A stretch of DNA of 57,491 nucleotides from Catajapyx aquilonaris (Eukaryota), in assembly GCA_000934665.2 (NCBI GenBank), contig KZ538125.1, positions 62,001-119,491 of the forward strand, given 5' to 3'. The notes beneath the pieces are model-generated. The model was not told the origin of the DNA. It did not search any database and saw nothing but the letters and a program-made list of their open reading frames with translations. Made by a program: the position numbers and the translations under genes. This document shows positions 37,701 to 52,207 of the stretch, piece after piece (position 1 is the first letter of the stretch; each line of letters begins with the position of its first letter).

Positions 37701-40700
37701 GCCCAAAGAGAGGCTCTTCTCTAGGATGGGTCGCGTAGTCGGGACACGAACCCGGGGCTTTCGCGACTTGAATCCCCAACAAGCCGGCGGGACAAGGCAG
37801 ACTTGGTTTCTTGCTTGGTTAGCTCAGTTGAGGCTAGGGTTGGGTGGGTGGGGGATTGTATAGGAGGGCCAAAGTCCTCCAAGCCAAAAGACACTAGCCT
37901 AATTCCTTCAGGAAAAGCCAGTGTCCGGGGCAGGGTCCGGAGGCAGGCTTTGTGAAGGGCTTCGCGTCGCCGCAAAACCCCTCTCCTCTTTTCTTCATCA
38001 GCCCAATTAGACCGTGTTTTATGAAATGCCCCGGTTTGTCGGTTGCCAGGGCAACAAACTGGAGGGGGGGGATTGGGTTCTTAGGGCTTCTGCACCCGGG
38101 TCAATTTGTGTCCCCCCACTGCGCCTCTGCGTCCAGGACACTAAACTTGTTTCCTCGTTTCCTATTTTACGACTAATTGATTGTTCCCGGACGGTCAAGG
38201 GAACTGATTGGCTGCATAATGCAATTGTTCATTGCCCAGTCAAATTAACTACGTGCATTTGCTTGTTTTTCTTTTACCTGGCTCTATAGAGTGGTATGGG
38301 CAAGTCGCACATACAGGCCACTCTGGGCAAATAATAGCTGCAGGATGGTCCAGATTAATCGATCGTCCCTTTTGTTACAGATACTATTTACGCATAGAGC
38401 ACTTATCTGCTCTTATTTCGTACTATCTAACAGTTTTCCTGGACAAATTACATGGTGCACAACAGTACACCCCAGTTGGAATGGTGAATTCAACACGAAC
38501 TGGCATGAAAAAGAATCTGGAATATTCGGAGAACAATGCGGCTGCGAAATTAATGAAGGGAACCCGTAACCCATATGGTGTAATCCAAATTAACGCTGCA
38601 ACAAATCCGACCATTTTGCGGTTTGTCCATGTATGGAGGATGATGTCGCAATAACGGAACAATTAATTGATGTAAAAATCTCGCTTATGAAATAAAACCG
38701 ACTATTTCATTTCAGACTTCAGTCCTGATATGCCCAGTAACCAAAGAACCGTTTCCTTCCATGCACTGCAGCGCCATTCTACCGATATATCGGCCACGGT
38801 TTTGAAGCCTTTCATGTTGATGAGAGCTTACAGTGTGTGTATACGAGCGGTGCAGAAGGTTTTCCGGGAGGCTCACCACCATTCCACTGCGGTAGAAATA
38901 AAGTCTAATGTTGCAGATATTGACGATGCTACAGTGCAGGAAGCGAGGTGTAATGTAAGGCCTTCTGGAAGGGACGTGGTAGATCTCCACTAGCTTTTAT
39001 AATGTTGTATTATTACCGCATTCCAGTAGTAGGCCTACTAATATTTGGCAGGTGAAATAGTGACAAAGTAATATGCATGAGCGACATATCCTATCCCACC
39101 AAAAACCTTTCTGTAAAAAAAAGGCCAAGTTCTCCTGACTGCTTGGCCGTCAAAAGTGGTGAGATCTGAAATACGGCCAAGTTCAACGTCGTTGTCATCC
39201 TATAGTTAGAAATGATTTTCGATCGACATGAGGTTTGTGTGTAGTAGTAGCTAAAGCAAGCGTCATCATCATATGGTCATGTCGGTTTTGTGGGAGAATT
39301 ATTTGCAAAGTTTTCACGCCCACACTGTGCTTACTTTGGAATTGTGGGAATATAATTACCTGCACAAATTCTCAACGTTCGTCAACGTTACACATAATTA
39401 TGCATGCCAAATGTGGCCCGAAAGTTCATTTAGGTTATGCAGGCAGAAAGGGGAGTTCTCTAAGTTAATGTGTGGGCCATTTACCCCTCTCACAATCCTG
39501 CCGAGAAATTCGACACGTCTCTCTGAGAGTGTCAATAATTTAAAGCAAACTTTAGCCCTCGGGTTTTGTTCCTTTCATAGTTGTTTGGACTCATAGCTAC
39601 GTATCACGTATCATGTTTCAGTGTATGCTAGCCGCTTTTGTGGAGTTGAATTTTTGTTGAAGTACGCACACTTGTACACAGGAAAAATACTGTACTACAC
39701 CGCAAAATACGAGCATTGTGCCCACTCATAGAGAGGGCAGCCTAGTTTGTTTTACCATCCAAACCTAGCCATTAGGTAATCAAGTTAGTGCACTCTGCAA
39801 ATTCTGATTCATTTCACAAGCCTTTGTTAGCAGCAGTTCCAACATCGCGCGGTGCTTTTAATCTGGCGATACACTTAATGCACTGCAGCGGAGAGAATCC
39901 CTAAATTGAATAATAAAAGTCGCTGCATGCCCCGCCTCCAGCAACTTATTACGAGCCCCACTGGTAATATGTGGCATATTTTCAATAAGTTCAGCGTGAG
40001 CGTAACCATTTCTATGGGGAAAAAAGCCAAGTCCGTGCAGCGTGAGTTATTCATGCCGGGAGGTTCCCCAGGGCGAGATTTCATTGCTTATTTGGTTGTG
40101 TTTGAAGGCGAGCGTGTATGGTTGGAGAGCCATTCCTCACCGAGGTTGTAAAGGGAGAGGGAAAGGGGGGAAGGTGGGGGAAGGAGGAGCACATCATTTG
40201 AATTGGGCTGCTGGCAAAGATACAGTCGTGGATTTGGAACGTGACGGGGATGGGCCTTTTCCTCCCCGGAGCACCACCTTTGCAGGGCTGGCAAGGAGAA
40301 TTCGCAGAGCACAAGGCAAGATTTTCCTCTCCTGCTCCGGACCTAAGGATGCAAATGAATTCCCCCAGATCTCCCTACAGCCGGGATCTGCCTCCTGAGG
40401 TGTTTATTTTCCTTGCTTAGCCCTGATGCTATACGCAATGGAAGGGTCATGGCTCATGTATACGGTGTGTATGTACTGCACTGCAGGTGTATTTTTTCAG
40501 GTGAATATTTGCTCCTGTTAATTACGTTTAGGCATGCGTGAACAACGCCGGTGATTATGTACGCTATTCTATGAACCGACGGATATGTTTACACTTTTTC
40601 ACATTTAGTCCCTTAGGGCCTTTAGAGCCGTCAACAATGGCATACAGATATTGTTTATGTGCAGAAAAACAATGCTCAGCAATTCTGCGCAGATATACGT

Positions 40701-43052
40701 ACATAGTATTTCTAAAATTCAAAATGTAAACTTGCACGCACGCGCAAGAAGAAGGTATCCGAGACACACCAGGCTATAATACGTATATTATTTCATAGGT
40801 ATTTCTCTTTTTGTGGTTATTTTGAGATACGTACTTCAGAACGAATCTGGGAAAGGGAACTTAAGACATGAATTACGTAGGTGGGGCAGTCGGAGAAAAA
40901 TTTATACGCTGTATTTGCGCGGTGATAAATCTTTTGAGGCATGACACACTCAACAATGGCCTACTCCGATATATCAAACAAAACTATTCCTTATTTCCCG
41001 AATTGTAGGTAGTTTGTGATCAAATTGTCATAAGAGGTTTGCATATTTTGTCACATGAGGGCAATCAACTCATACAAGGCATTAATATTTCAATGTTTTA
41101 ATTAATTATTGTCCTTGCTTGAATAATAGACATTGCATTATTATGATTTTCATTCAACCACACCTCAGTAACTTGATTAAAATTATTTATTGAACAGAGC
41201 AGAAGAATGGAACAACTACTGCAATGCTAATCAGGAAAATTTAACTGCTAATTTTTAGTTAGGAAATCTAGCTAAATTCACAAGCTGCAGTGTGTATATG
41301 CCTGGGACAATGTGATACTTAGCTCCTCCCGCCACACGTCTACTATACATAAGTGTGTAAGAATTACTCCTGCTTTTGACGTGGACCACTCCAGCCTGAG
41401 AGGCCACAGTTTCCATGGTAGCATTAACTCATTTGCAATTTTGAGTGAGACAAGTGGAAGACACCCACAGCATAGTTGCAAAGATGAGCAGCGGTTTCGG
41501 TCACCCTTCTGCGTGAAAGGGCAGACGCTGTCCCTTTCCATGTTACGGCCCACATGGTAATTTTTAATTTCATTCGAGACTTGTCAGAGGACAAATGAAA
41601 TATTATTACCATTCATAGGTCAGAGTAAATTTGGCATGGGACTGCGACATATCAAAGCAAACGTAGGTATTCTATTCATATCTGTTCTATCCTTGCACTG
41701 TCTCATTGACTTCCATCCCCATTCATGAAACCTAAAAATTATTGCATTTGTAGTAACCAAGGTAGTACAAATCCACCACTTGCTGAGGTAGTCCAGCAAA
41801 GTCAACCCACAAGGACGAAAAAAATCTCTTTTACAAATTTGCTCCAAGATATCCAATGTTGCATATAAACTTCTGAAGTACCGCGCACTATCGCACCCCA
41901 AATGTCCCATATACACCCAACCGGCGCATTTTTGAGAGGGGAAATGGCTGCAAGTGCCCCCCAGGCCAAAAGAGATCCACGATCGTGAGATCTTGCTTCC
42001 TCCGCTAAAATTTGAGTCAGCTCCCCCATGCATTTTTGGTGGGGTCAGGCCAAGTTTTACTGTGGCTGTTATATCGGCCAAACTAGTACATGAGTCCAAA
42101 GTGGCAATTGAGAATGTTCCATAGAACCTGAGTCCGGGAGCTCTCCGGCGAGAGGGCCAATTTCAGGAAGCCATCATCGCGGGGCCCAGTTTGTGGAGTC
42201 GTCTTAACCCCACTTAAGAGGTTTGGCGAAAGTGAAATGAACACCTGAGGATGAGAAGCTCACCTCCCAGCGGAAACCCAAATCCCCCTTCCGCACGCGA
42301 CATGTTTATCACTCGAGGCTCGCTTTCCATGATAAGGGAAAGAGGACCAGATCCTCCCATCCTCCCACAGATTATTAACAGCCAGAACTCGGCTCACAGC
42401 CTTCCACATGGAGTCCACTCGCAGCCCAAATTGAGTTATTGACGCCAGCTGTTGACCAGGCTTGTGCTGGCACCGACTAATCACCGGCGTGCCGCTTCTT
42501 CGCCTTTCTCGACACTTTGCTACGGGTCATGCTGGCCACTCATGGCTAATTGTTAGGCCGAGCGTGAAAGTAGCGTTGATGGCGAGAGGAAATTGAATCA
42601 CATTTTGGCACAGATTTTGATGTTAAAAATTGGGTGTCAAAATATTCTGAAAAATCTTTGGTCATTAAGATACCTTCTTGTACTGTATAAAGAGCAATCA
42701 ACATGTTTTGGAAGAAGACCGGCGCAGATGCAATGTTAGAAAAAAATGTGGATGTGTGAAGAAGTTATGGGATGTTTACCCCAACACCTAGATTAAATGG
42801 AAGAAATTAGGTGGAAGAGACTCTGAGGGTCTAATTCACTTGTCGTGATTGGTAATTGAGGGTAAACAATAATGTTCAGAACGTTCTCACCAACTTCCTT
42901 CCTGGACTGAGGATATGGGAATGTGTACCATCCTGCAGAACAATGTGCTGTAATTTCTTTTTAGTATATACTGTACCTTATGCCATTTCGAAACCCTTAT
43001 TATAGAAAGTTTCAATTATTACGGTATAATAGTAATAACTGAAAGTTGAAAC

Positions 43053-43111
43053 TCATGTTGAGGTATCCCCAGACTATACAGCATGTCATGCCTGGGGGTA
43101 CCTCAAAATGA
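43053..43111. repeat. Inverted repeat / hairpin with 20-nt arms
   Basis: TCATGTTGAGGTATCCCCAG ... CTGGGGGTACCTCAAAATGA, with one mismatch, one G-U pair and a 19-nt loop. Confidence 0.85.
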
Positions 43112-46100
43112 ATATGTGCCTCATTTAAATTGCATATTAAATACAAATCTGCTATTTAGCGGGTTAAATTACTTTTATACAAAAAACTCAGAGCAGTAAG
43201 GTGTAAGAAAACATTTTGTAATTACAGTAGCCCTACTTGTACTTTCCATGCATTTTACTTCGCATTAGAGATTAGGGGATTATAGATACTTAGCAGTAGT
43301 GTAGTGTTACATGTTAGAAGATAATGAGTTTTTTTTTTGTAAAAACGAGTACTATATGTTTATTTTTTTATACGCATACCTTATTAACCTCATTCCTTAC
43401 AGCTCGCATCACTTTTATAAATAATGATGATGTTCAGTAGTTTATTAAGGAGATCAAAAGAAACAAAACAGAGACACACAAAGGTTATTTTAAGAAATGA
43501 GAGAGCCCTTTGACTTTGTTGTCAAATACCGGTAATATGATGGTCCAATATCAGCGTTAGAAGTTGTTTACGAGAATCGGAGTAGCAAAGTTTGTTCGGC
43601 ATTGTAAATACAAAGCGAAATTCTGGCATAAGTTAATTGAGAAACCCGACCTGGGGCTGTGTGCTTAACTTTCAGCCGAACTACACAGTGGAGCAGGCTT
43701 TCTCCGTATCAGCAAACCATGGTATTTTACCAGTGGAAATCTTGCTTATGACATATCCGGATAAGGTAGACAAACCCAAGGCAAGTCCTTAGGGACAAAA
43801 GCGCCATTTGCAGCTGGAAGAGAGATCAGTCGACTTTGGCTAAAGGGCATCAAATATGTAAGAATCAGGCTAAAAACATATCCATCATCCACCGCCGTAC
43901 AGTTGCATTTGGACCGCTCTAATATTCCATAACCATATTTGAGTGCCTCTCTCTTTCACTCTTTTTTTGTTGGCTCTGATTGTGTGATGCGGACTGCGGA
44001 ATTTTGGTCCGAGCCAACACCCCTTTCGTTCCACGCCTCTTTGGAACCGCTTTGGACAAGTGTATATTGCAAACGGGGTGGGATATGGCCAAAAAAAAAC
44101 TAGCTGGCTGCCACTAAAACTGGAAGAAACTGAGCGTTGCATTGTGATGCATTTCTTGCTTTCCATTATGGCGCGCTTGCAATCCAATATTTGACTATTG
44201 TACTCCCAGGATTGAAAGCGTTCCGTTTGACAGCCTTTGTTGCAGAATAATAGTAACTTCTAGCTCTCTCTCTACACTATGTTTTGCCATCCGCTGGCAT
44301 TTGGTGCTCCGGGCGATGTGGATATAAATTATTATGCACGCGCAGCACTTAGGTCAACATGCGTTTGGTGTTTGGCCTAGGTGAGCTCTGAATTAATCAT
44401 CAAGTTACTTCGGGGGCTTTGGTGGAAAAGGGGGATGGGACTATGTCACATTTTGCTCGTTTCGAATGAACATAAAAGATACACTGACATACACGTACGC
44501 GGGTATTCAGGTAACACACACCGCACACCTATTGTGCGGTCGCATCCTGCGTGTCAACTACAGATAGGCTCTGAAACAACAGGTTTTAGCAACATCCAGT
44601 GGAAAAGGAGTCACGACGTCAACACTCCCCGTAATTGTATAACATCAACGACCAAATTGAAAGTGGAGTATCTGGTGCAGCGTCATTCAAAGCAGCCCAC
44701 TGAAAAAATAGTGCCAGGGAAGAGTGGTGAGGGCAGGAGTGTGTAAAACAAAAACACACGCTCTCACTGGATTTCATTACCAAGCAACAATGCCACTGAT
44801 TGATCTGATGGCGACCAAGCGGATCCTGTCCCATTCCCTGTAAACACACCAAACCTTTCCTGACCATTTCTCTCGCACACTGCCATTATTGGTCTCATTT
44901 CTACAGCCGGGAGGTACCTTTTTTAGAGGGTCTGCTTCCAAACGTCGAGCAGAGTTACAGTACATGGCGGAGAAGAGTGAAAGGATAGGATCATGTTCAA
45001 TATTTATGCAGGGTTGCATGGGGGCAGGAACTCTGCCTGAAATAGCCTACAAGGGCTCATCCTCTCTCTCGTTTTATTCTTTCGAGCACGAATCAGGGTT
45101 TGATGTCTTTCTTTTCCTAGAGGTTGGAGCTGGCAGAGATATTTTTGGGCGAATAAAAAAAGGGAGAACTAGCTCCGTTTCTGTCTTCTTTGACGCATAA
45201 TCCCGCTAGGATTTAATTAGTATGTAACACTCTTTAATTAGCGCGAGAGGAAGGAGTCGAGGGGTCGGTTTTCCTTGCCGCTTAATTTAAATCCGACGAA
45301 AGTGTGGCGGGAAGATTGGTAGCTTGGAAAGCTCAGATTTTCTTGCAGTCAAACCCTTTGCGAAATGCATGTCTCTTGCAGCCAAGCCTTAAGTAGGATT
45401 GGAATTTTTATGGATACTCGCCAGTGCGATTTCGGTCATTTATTTTTGCCCAAATCTGAGTTTACAGCAACAACTTGATTTAAAAGCAGTTTGGGGACTG
45501 GATAAGTGCTTCAGATAAGTCGTACAAACTTGTATTATCAGTTAGCACTTTTTTAACATTTGAAAAGCCTTTTAAAGATTTCGCATAAAGCAAATTTGCC
45601 CTCTTCCCAATATCTAGCCCCAGACCGGTGTTACCTCTAACTCCTAAGCCATAAATCAACTTCTTATCCAGAAGTGAAGCAAAATCCGCCCCCGTATCTG
45701 GCATAGTTGGCCAATAAAAAAAACTTGCGCCCTGGTGGCAATCATAAAAGAGTGAAGGGAGGAGGTGGATATCACCGACGGTGATCTAACCCACTGATTG
45801 ATCAACGATCATCTATTGAAGGGGGGAGATAGATATCTATTTTCCAACATGGTAGGGCAGGTCACAGGGGGACGAACTGAGCCGCCATTCATCCACAAAT
45901 CGATTAATGCTCCATCATGGAAGACCTCAAGCCGCTTCCTGAAAACCTCTACCTCCCAACACATCCCAGCAAGTAATTGATAGTCTGCATCGTTCAATCG
46001 TGAGGCGGTTGCTGGGGATTTTGCCCCTGGCCCTTCTAACCCACTGTTAAATACCGGTAAAGGAAGCCCCCCCCCCCCCNCCCAGTGCTTCAAGATTTGA

Positions 46101-49100
46101 TTAAGGTTATACCTTTTCAGTGATGGCATCGGATTTGGACTGAGGGGCGAGGACCTGTCTTTCAAACTGCGACTTTAGGGTCGAGGGATCTCGGAGGGTA
46201 AACCGGATTTGCGTTTCTCAGGAGGGGGGCGAGGGCGCCGAAATTAGTTAATACGGGAGTAAATATGTTCCCAGTCGACCAAACCACTTGAGAGAGAACC
46301 GCCTGATGATAACTTATTGATTTGAATAATAGCGCCTGGACGTGTGAAAAAAGTTGATGAGCCATAGGAGGTTATACCTTCCGCCATCATCTCTACCCCT
46401 GAAGCCATAAAAAAGGTGTATGAAAGGATTATAGGTGGCCACTTGAACCCCGACATTGTCCAAGTGCAACAGCATAATTCGAGCCCAATGAGCATGTGGC
46501 CAAGCACTTTTCGTGATGTATACCCTACTCCGGAAGCAATTGAGTCCGGCTAGCTCAGAAGTAATAACGTAATAGTATACCAGAGCATTGCAGCTGTGGC
46601 GAGTACAACCTTGGATTCTAGTAACGAATGCAACATATTTTCGTAATGCTCAAGGTGTTTAAAATTGTGGGGTTGAGTATCACTTTTATAGCAATGTCGT
46701 AGGCTGGGCCAGCCTAACACAAGGGGGTCATCCTCTCGCATACAGACATGTTCGTTAATGCTACATTAGGTAAATAGGGGACGGTATGTCGGCCGCAGCT
46801 AGAAAGTATATGATCGTGATTGCCCCTTAGAGCGAGAAGCTCCAGTAATTATCATGTCGGTAGTGCAAATACAATGCTCGTTATCTGCTGATTCGCATAC
46901 TTGAAGCTAATGTGCGCGTAACAACATCACCAGAGGGTAATTAGAGAACGGCAAATGAACCTATCCAATTTGGTTATTCCATCAGTGTTTAGAGGCGGAA
47001 AAATCAGCTCGGTCAAAGATACTTTGCTATGGTTTGGGAGGAAACAAGGACTGGTATGTGGGTACACGGTAAATATTTACAAAAGTCAATCACCACCTTG
47101 GCCAGCGATGAAGTTGGTTGAGGCAGGCCAAAAACCAGATCTAGCGGCAAAAATTGGTCCCGCCAATTCCCCTTGATGCTTAATAAAAGGCCAACTTTAC
47201 TTCTCCCAAAGGAGTACCCAATGTTGCCCAACTTGTAGTCTTGGGGATTGATATTGGATTTTTCCCCCCTACCCCTCTACTTCCTAAGAAGAAAGGAGTA
47301 TATTTGGTCTTGGCTTGTTTCAATAGCAGCTAAGAGAGTCGCATTGGTAAAATGAAGCCTTTCAAAGGTCAAGCCCTTCAGAGGTTAATAACGCTGCTGC
47401 GACGATGGATGAAACGCACTGCAACCGTCTATTATACTACAAAACCCATCTCTTTTGTCATCTGCTTCCATTGATGTGCAGATCAAAGACCAGGTGTAGC
47501 CCTGTCCGTTCCCTCACACCCACCTGTAACCGTTCATACAGGTCAGCAGCCTTACTGACAGATCCATAGTTCTGGCAACGGACAATTTAACAGACGGCGG
47601 ACTCATCCCAATGGCTGAGTCTCCCCCGGAATGACACGCGTGGTCGCCTCAAATGTCACGTACGCTAACACACCTACGCTCAAAAAATTTCGCCCAAAAA
47701 ACGAATACAAAAAATGGGTCCGGGCCTGCAGGCCGAACCACTATGGACTAAACATCCGCAAATTGTCATCCCATACACGCGCCGCATAATGACAGCATCG
47801 AAAGGTTTAGAGTGTGGAGGGTGCTGGCAGTGGTAGGCCCAGGGTTAAAAATATTCATGGAACCCATTGATTCATGACCTCGTGTCATTTTCAGGACCTT
47901 GGACATTATTCGCCTTACGACAGTATACAGTAGAAGAAAAATCATCCCGGATATTACTGTTAGGTCGCGATTCGTAATGTGAGGTGGAACATTATGCATA
48001 AAAAGAGATGGATGGATATCCTGCACCTTGATGCTACGTGACTTTAGTGGTCTGGAATCCCTCGAGGCCGTCTTCCACGTCTACTGGGATGAAGCCGTCT
48101 TATCATCCAGGAGACTGCATGGCAATAACCTTCGGGCGCGCATCCCAAATGCTGCGACGAACGGATGGAGGAAACGAACGGGTGACATTTTTTTTCTGTG
48201 GGGTTACAATTTATGCGGACGAGTTTTACCCCAGGATCAGCCTGTTCGTATGACGGATAGGACAGATTATGCTTCCTTAGCAGGTTCGAGGACGTAACTT
48301 GAGGGGGGGTGGAGGAGGATTAGGTGGAGACGTCCAGTGTTGTCCACCCGACCCATCAGTTTCCCCAGATTTACGTCTAGGGAGATTCAGAGTTACATAT
48401 GATAAGGTGTCTGTCAGGTATCAATGTCAGATTTCAAAGTGGCTCGTTTTTCATAACAGGAGACAGCCGCTCTGTCGCATATTGTATGCAATGCGGGATA
48501 TTAAACAGTGCTGAACTCATTGTAAATTATATACGCTGGGTATTTTACACTGCTCATTAACGAGCATTAACGGTGTCCCTGTTTCGATTATGATATATAT
48601 ACGGCCTAATGCGTACCATGGGGTGAAAATATCTTCACGCGGGTATGATCCGGCACAAAAGGCGCGGGTATCTGAAGTGATCAAGAAATAACTACCCCAT
48701 TATTGAAGCGCATAATCACCACGAGAGTGAAGCTGTCGGAGAAACTCGTAAACCGCTACAACGACCTTCTTTGCATTATTCGGTTCGAAGCAGTCACGTG
48801 GAAGTACATTAGCTATGGATACATAAACCTGTATCGCATTTCACATTCTACGACAGTTTTCCACAGTATACACTCTACACTGCAAATCCACATTGAAATT
48901 TAATGACTCTCACACTCATCAGTTTTACAACACTTTCACTGTCATTACCCCACAAAAATATATTTGACCCCCACTGAAAAAAGGGCATGTCTCACCTATA
49001 GATCCGGCATGTTGATCCCTAACCGAACCGGAAGTGTGGTCCCACCCGAATCCATCCACTAGGGGGGTAAAGGTGGCTAGACAGTGAGATATTGAATCCA

Positions 49101-49119
49101 ATAGGCTAAAAAGGGGGTG

Positions 49120-49450
49120 GAGAAAAGGCGCAGAGCACAGCACAGAGGCCAGCGGCTGACTGCAGCCTCCCGGAGAGAGATGGGCCCAGTTTGCGGCGGC
49201 AGATGTGGCGCCGGCGCCTCTATCCGGGGCAGCACCGCCGCCGCCTCCATCCCTCGACCATCCCCAGATCTCGCTAAAACCCGAAGGGGGCCCGGTCCAA
49301 TCGGTGGGGCCAGGGTGCCCAGGGAGAGCCGCCAGGGGACGAGGTGCGCCCGGGCATCTCTCCCCCACGTCCCTTTTGCCCCGGATCCGCCCCCGCCTTG
49401 GCTCCGGACAGCATCCCTCCCGTACCCCCTCCCACAGCTCAACGATCGAT
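49120..49450. other. GC/CpG-rich island of unknown origin
   Basis: Sharp rise in GC and CpG relative to the flanks. Contains GCGGCGGC/GCCGCCGC inverted arms and the palindrome GGCGCCGGCGCC. Confidence 0.7.
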
Positions 49451-51584
49451 AAAGGGTGCCATCAGGCCCCGAAACGTAATCCCCCTACTTTTTTGTGTCT
49501 GGGGCGCCGCCTTCGAACATTGTACCGCCTAACTTGTATGTAGTTCGTGCACTTCCCATTAATACTGAACGGTTCAAAAAACAAACAAACAAATAAATGA
49601 AGCAATTATTATGAAATGAAAGTGGTTATAACACGCATGAGTGTACTAATATTATTAACAAGGAAAGTTACTATGTTCTTAAATGCCCTGTTCTCGAGAC
49701 CGCACCATCCTCCTCTAAAATTAATTGCCGTAAGCACCGCACAGTCACATTAGTATACCACTTCCTTAATGCGTTATTAATAATGAACGAGTTTCCAACC
49801 TAGTAATGTGAGTCACTGGGCTCTGACGTTGCAGTTTCACGAATATTGCAAACGTTAGGTAGAATAAAAGAAAGAGAAAAAAAAAGTTCGATTGACCAAA
49901 GTACATTAGGCAAAGTTCTTTCAACCCTCCACTACCCAGCAACAAAAAATGGGAGATGGAAATTGTAGCCATCAGGATTTGAGCAACATTATTTTGCAAT
50001 CCTGAAGCGCGGTGAACAAGAAGGGACTTCCATTTGAATTTTTACACCGGAGGCCATAAGGCACAGCTGCTTGGTGTCGCCCGAAACACCGCCTTCAAGA
50101 TGCCCAGGATTGTATTTTAACTGCCCTGTTACGTTCCCGTCTATTTCAGTAGCCCGATACTACTACTGACAGTGATGCTTATGTACCCAGCAACATATTG
50201 TCCTCAAGTACCCATTACCCCTCTGGATAACCGGATTCGTCTCACACACTCCTGGAATAATCCAAAGTGTAGTAAGTATTCGAAGCGCAGTGCATGCGCC
50301 TCCTAGAATCGATTTGATTATCTTAGCAACCTAGGTGCAGGAGGAGATGGGCTGTGACTGCTCTTCTATCACTTGGTTGATGGAAATGAGGGACCATGAC
50401 AGGGGTGAGTCTGAACACTTCCTATGCAGTAATCGAAACTGCCGGGGATAGAAGGAGAGTCTTCCTAGCCTGTAATCAGCATGCAGCTACATCCATCGTA
50501 GCGTCGCGGACGGCTTACGCACCGTAATAACGAGGTTCCGCTCGTCCGGCACATTTTTCATCAGCAAACGCGATATGGCCGCGATATCGAAAGTTAATTT
50601 ATGGAAAATGACACCGCGCAGAAATTAGCTGTTCATAAATTACTGCAGCACCCATTTTGAACCTGGCTCTCTCTGGATCCACAGCACGGCGCCCACTTAT
50701 CGGGACGGGCTTTGTTTTTCTTGGTCAGACTTTTTTTTTTTTTAGGAAAGGGGGGGGGNGGGGCAGAGGGGGTTAGCGTCCACCCAGGGGCTTGTGCAAG
50801 GGGTGATAGACAGTGGCCGGTGTCGCATTTGCTCGTGTCCAAATCGCAGCCGGGAAACGTGATTCGGAGGGTGGAAGGGAGCTTGTGCTGCCATTTACGA
50901 AGACAGAGGATTTTTTGGGGGGCCATACTTTACCTTTCAGGCCAAATTAATGTCGTATGGCATATGGGGGATATTTTCTCCGCTGGTGTCATATTAATTA
51001 TGCAGGGTTTGACAATTGCGTGCCTCTCTTATTGAATAGTATGTAATGCGTAATGATTGTTGTTGAGAATCAACATGGTGGAGTAATTTATTACTAATGA
51101 CAATGATGTTCAACATGACAGTGTAATTTCGAAGTGATATACGTATTGTTTTGGAATGATAATGGAGGAGTACTTTTCACTCTGGTTGCATATGCATAAT
51201 TATGTACCGAGCGAACACCACCTGCCTTCTCAGACTCGGCTCCTGTGAACGTTCTACTAATTAATTTATAGTCGAGTCGTGCGCGGTGTGCCATTCTTCG
51301 CCAAAATCCAGTAGAGTTGCGCAATATGGGGGGCCTAACGACTTGTTCGATTGTCATTCGCATAATATTAATGTGGGGGTAGCAATTACTCCTACGTTTA
51401 ATATTATCAAAAGGGAAGAATGGAAATAAATTGACCTGCGCTCCATATAGAGAAATATGTTGTTGGGAATTTGTGCAAAAACCGAGTTATGCCACGTGTA
51501 TTTTTTTCTTTTTCCAAAATCGAACTCACCCTGAGCCCCAGGCATATGACTGAAATCAAACCACTCGCACGTGGTGTGTCAAAT

Positions 51585-51815
51585 GCACTGTTAAAATCCG
51601 CATGATGGATCTGTACAGTTTACTACAGTAATAAAATTGCTGATATCATATTTTCTATGCGAAAAAACCTCTTGGTATGACCATTGCTGACGCCTTTGGC
51701 TTTAACACAGCCTCAATCAACGACGTCAAAAATAAATGGGGAGATCTGAAATACAGGAAGATCAGACAATAACTAATTCCGAGAATTAATATTATGCTGA
51801 TCATACTGCCTTGCA
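51585..51815 (+). mobile_element. Degenerate non-LTR retrotransposon reverse-transcriptase fragment (RTE-like)
   Basis: Collinear frameshifted peptides LLKS/MDLY, PLLTPL, FNTASINDVKNKW and YADHTAL (YADHTA at 51793-51810) resemble LIxxIxxLY, LSPxLFNIYIxDxxxKW and YADDTA. Confidence 0.5.
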
Positions 51816-52141
51816 AGAAGTGTGTGATTGACCTGGTTCACGATTCCCATCACCATTTATGGCTTTTGATTTTGGTGTTAGAATGAGTGTAATATATTTA
51901 ATAATATTCTATCCCTTGAATTAATAAATCAATACACTATAAGATACACCTGTATGCGTTTTATATCCAGACGAAGTAAAACGTACATAAATATTCGACA
52001 AATAGCCCCATTCAACCAAATGAATTGCATGTTATTATCAATACTGTACTATCATTATTTGAGTGGTGTAATTATTCATGGCTAACATACATCACAGAAC
52101 TTGATAAATTGCTAAATTTAATACATTTAATATTATTATTT

Positions 52142-52146
<5 letters not shown>

Positions 52147-52207
<61 letters not shown>

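Noticed and set aside
42706..42830. Possible RTE C-terminal relic (GRRP...MWM...RWKRL)
   Set aside because: The motifs are too short and degenerate to distinguish from chance.
43058..43081. let-7 gene (TGAGGTA plus CTATACAG nearby)
   Set aside because: Only 7 nt match the mature let-7 sequence, and the hairpin geometry differs.
45785..46046. 12-bp direct repeat TCTAACCCACTG 250 bp apart as a target-site duplication
   Set aside because: The enclosed sequence has no TIRs or tail, so chance cannot be excluded.
48925..49543. Several overlapping 60-150-aa ORFs
   Set aside because: They are explained by stop-codon scarcity in GC-rich sequence, and no domain is recognisable.
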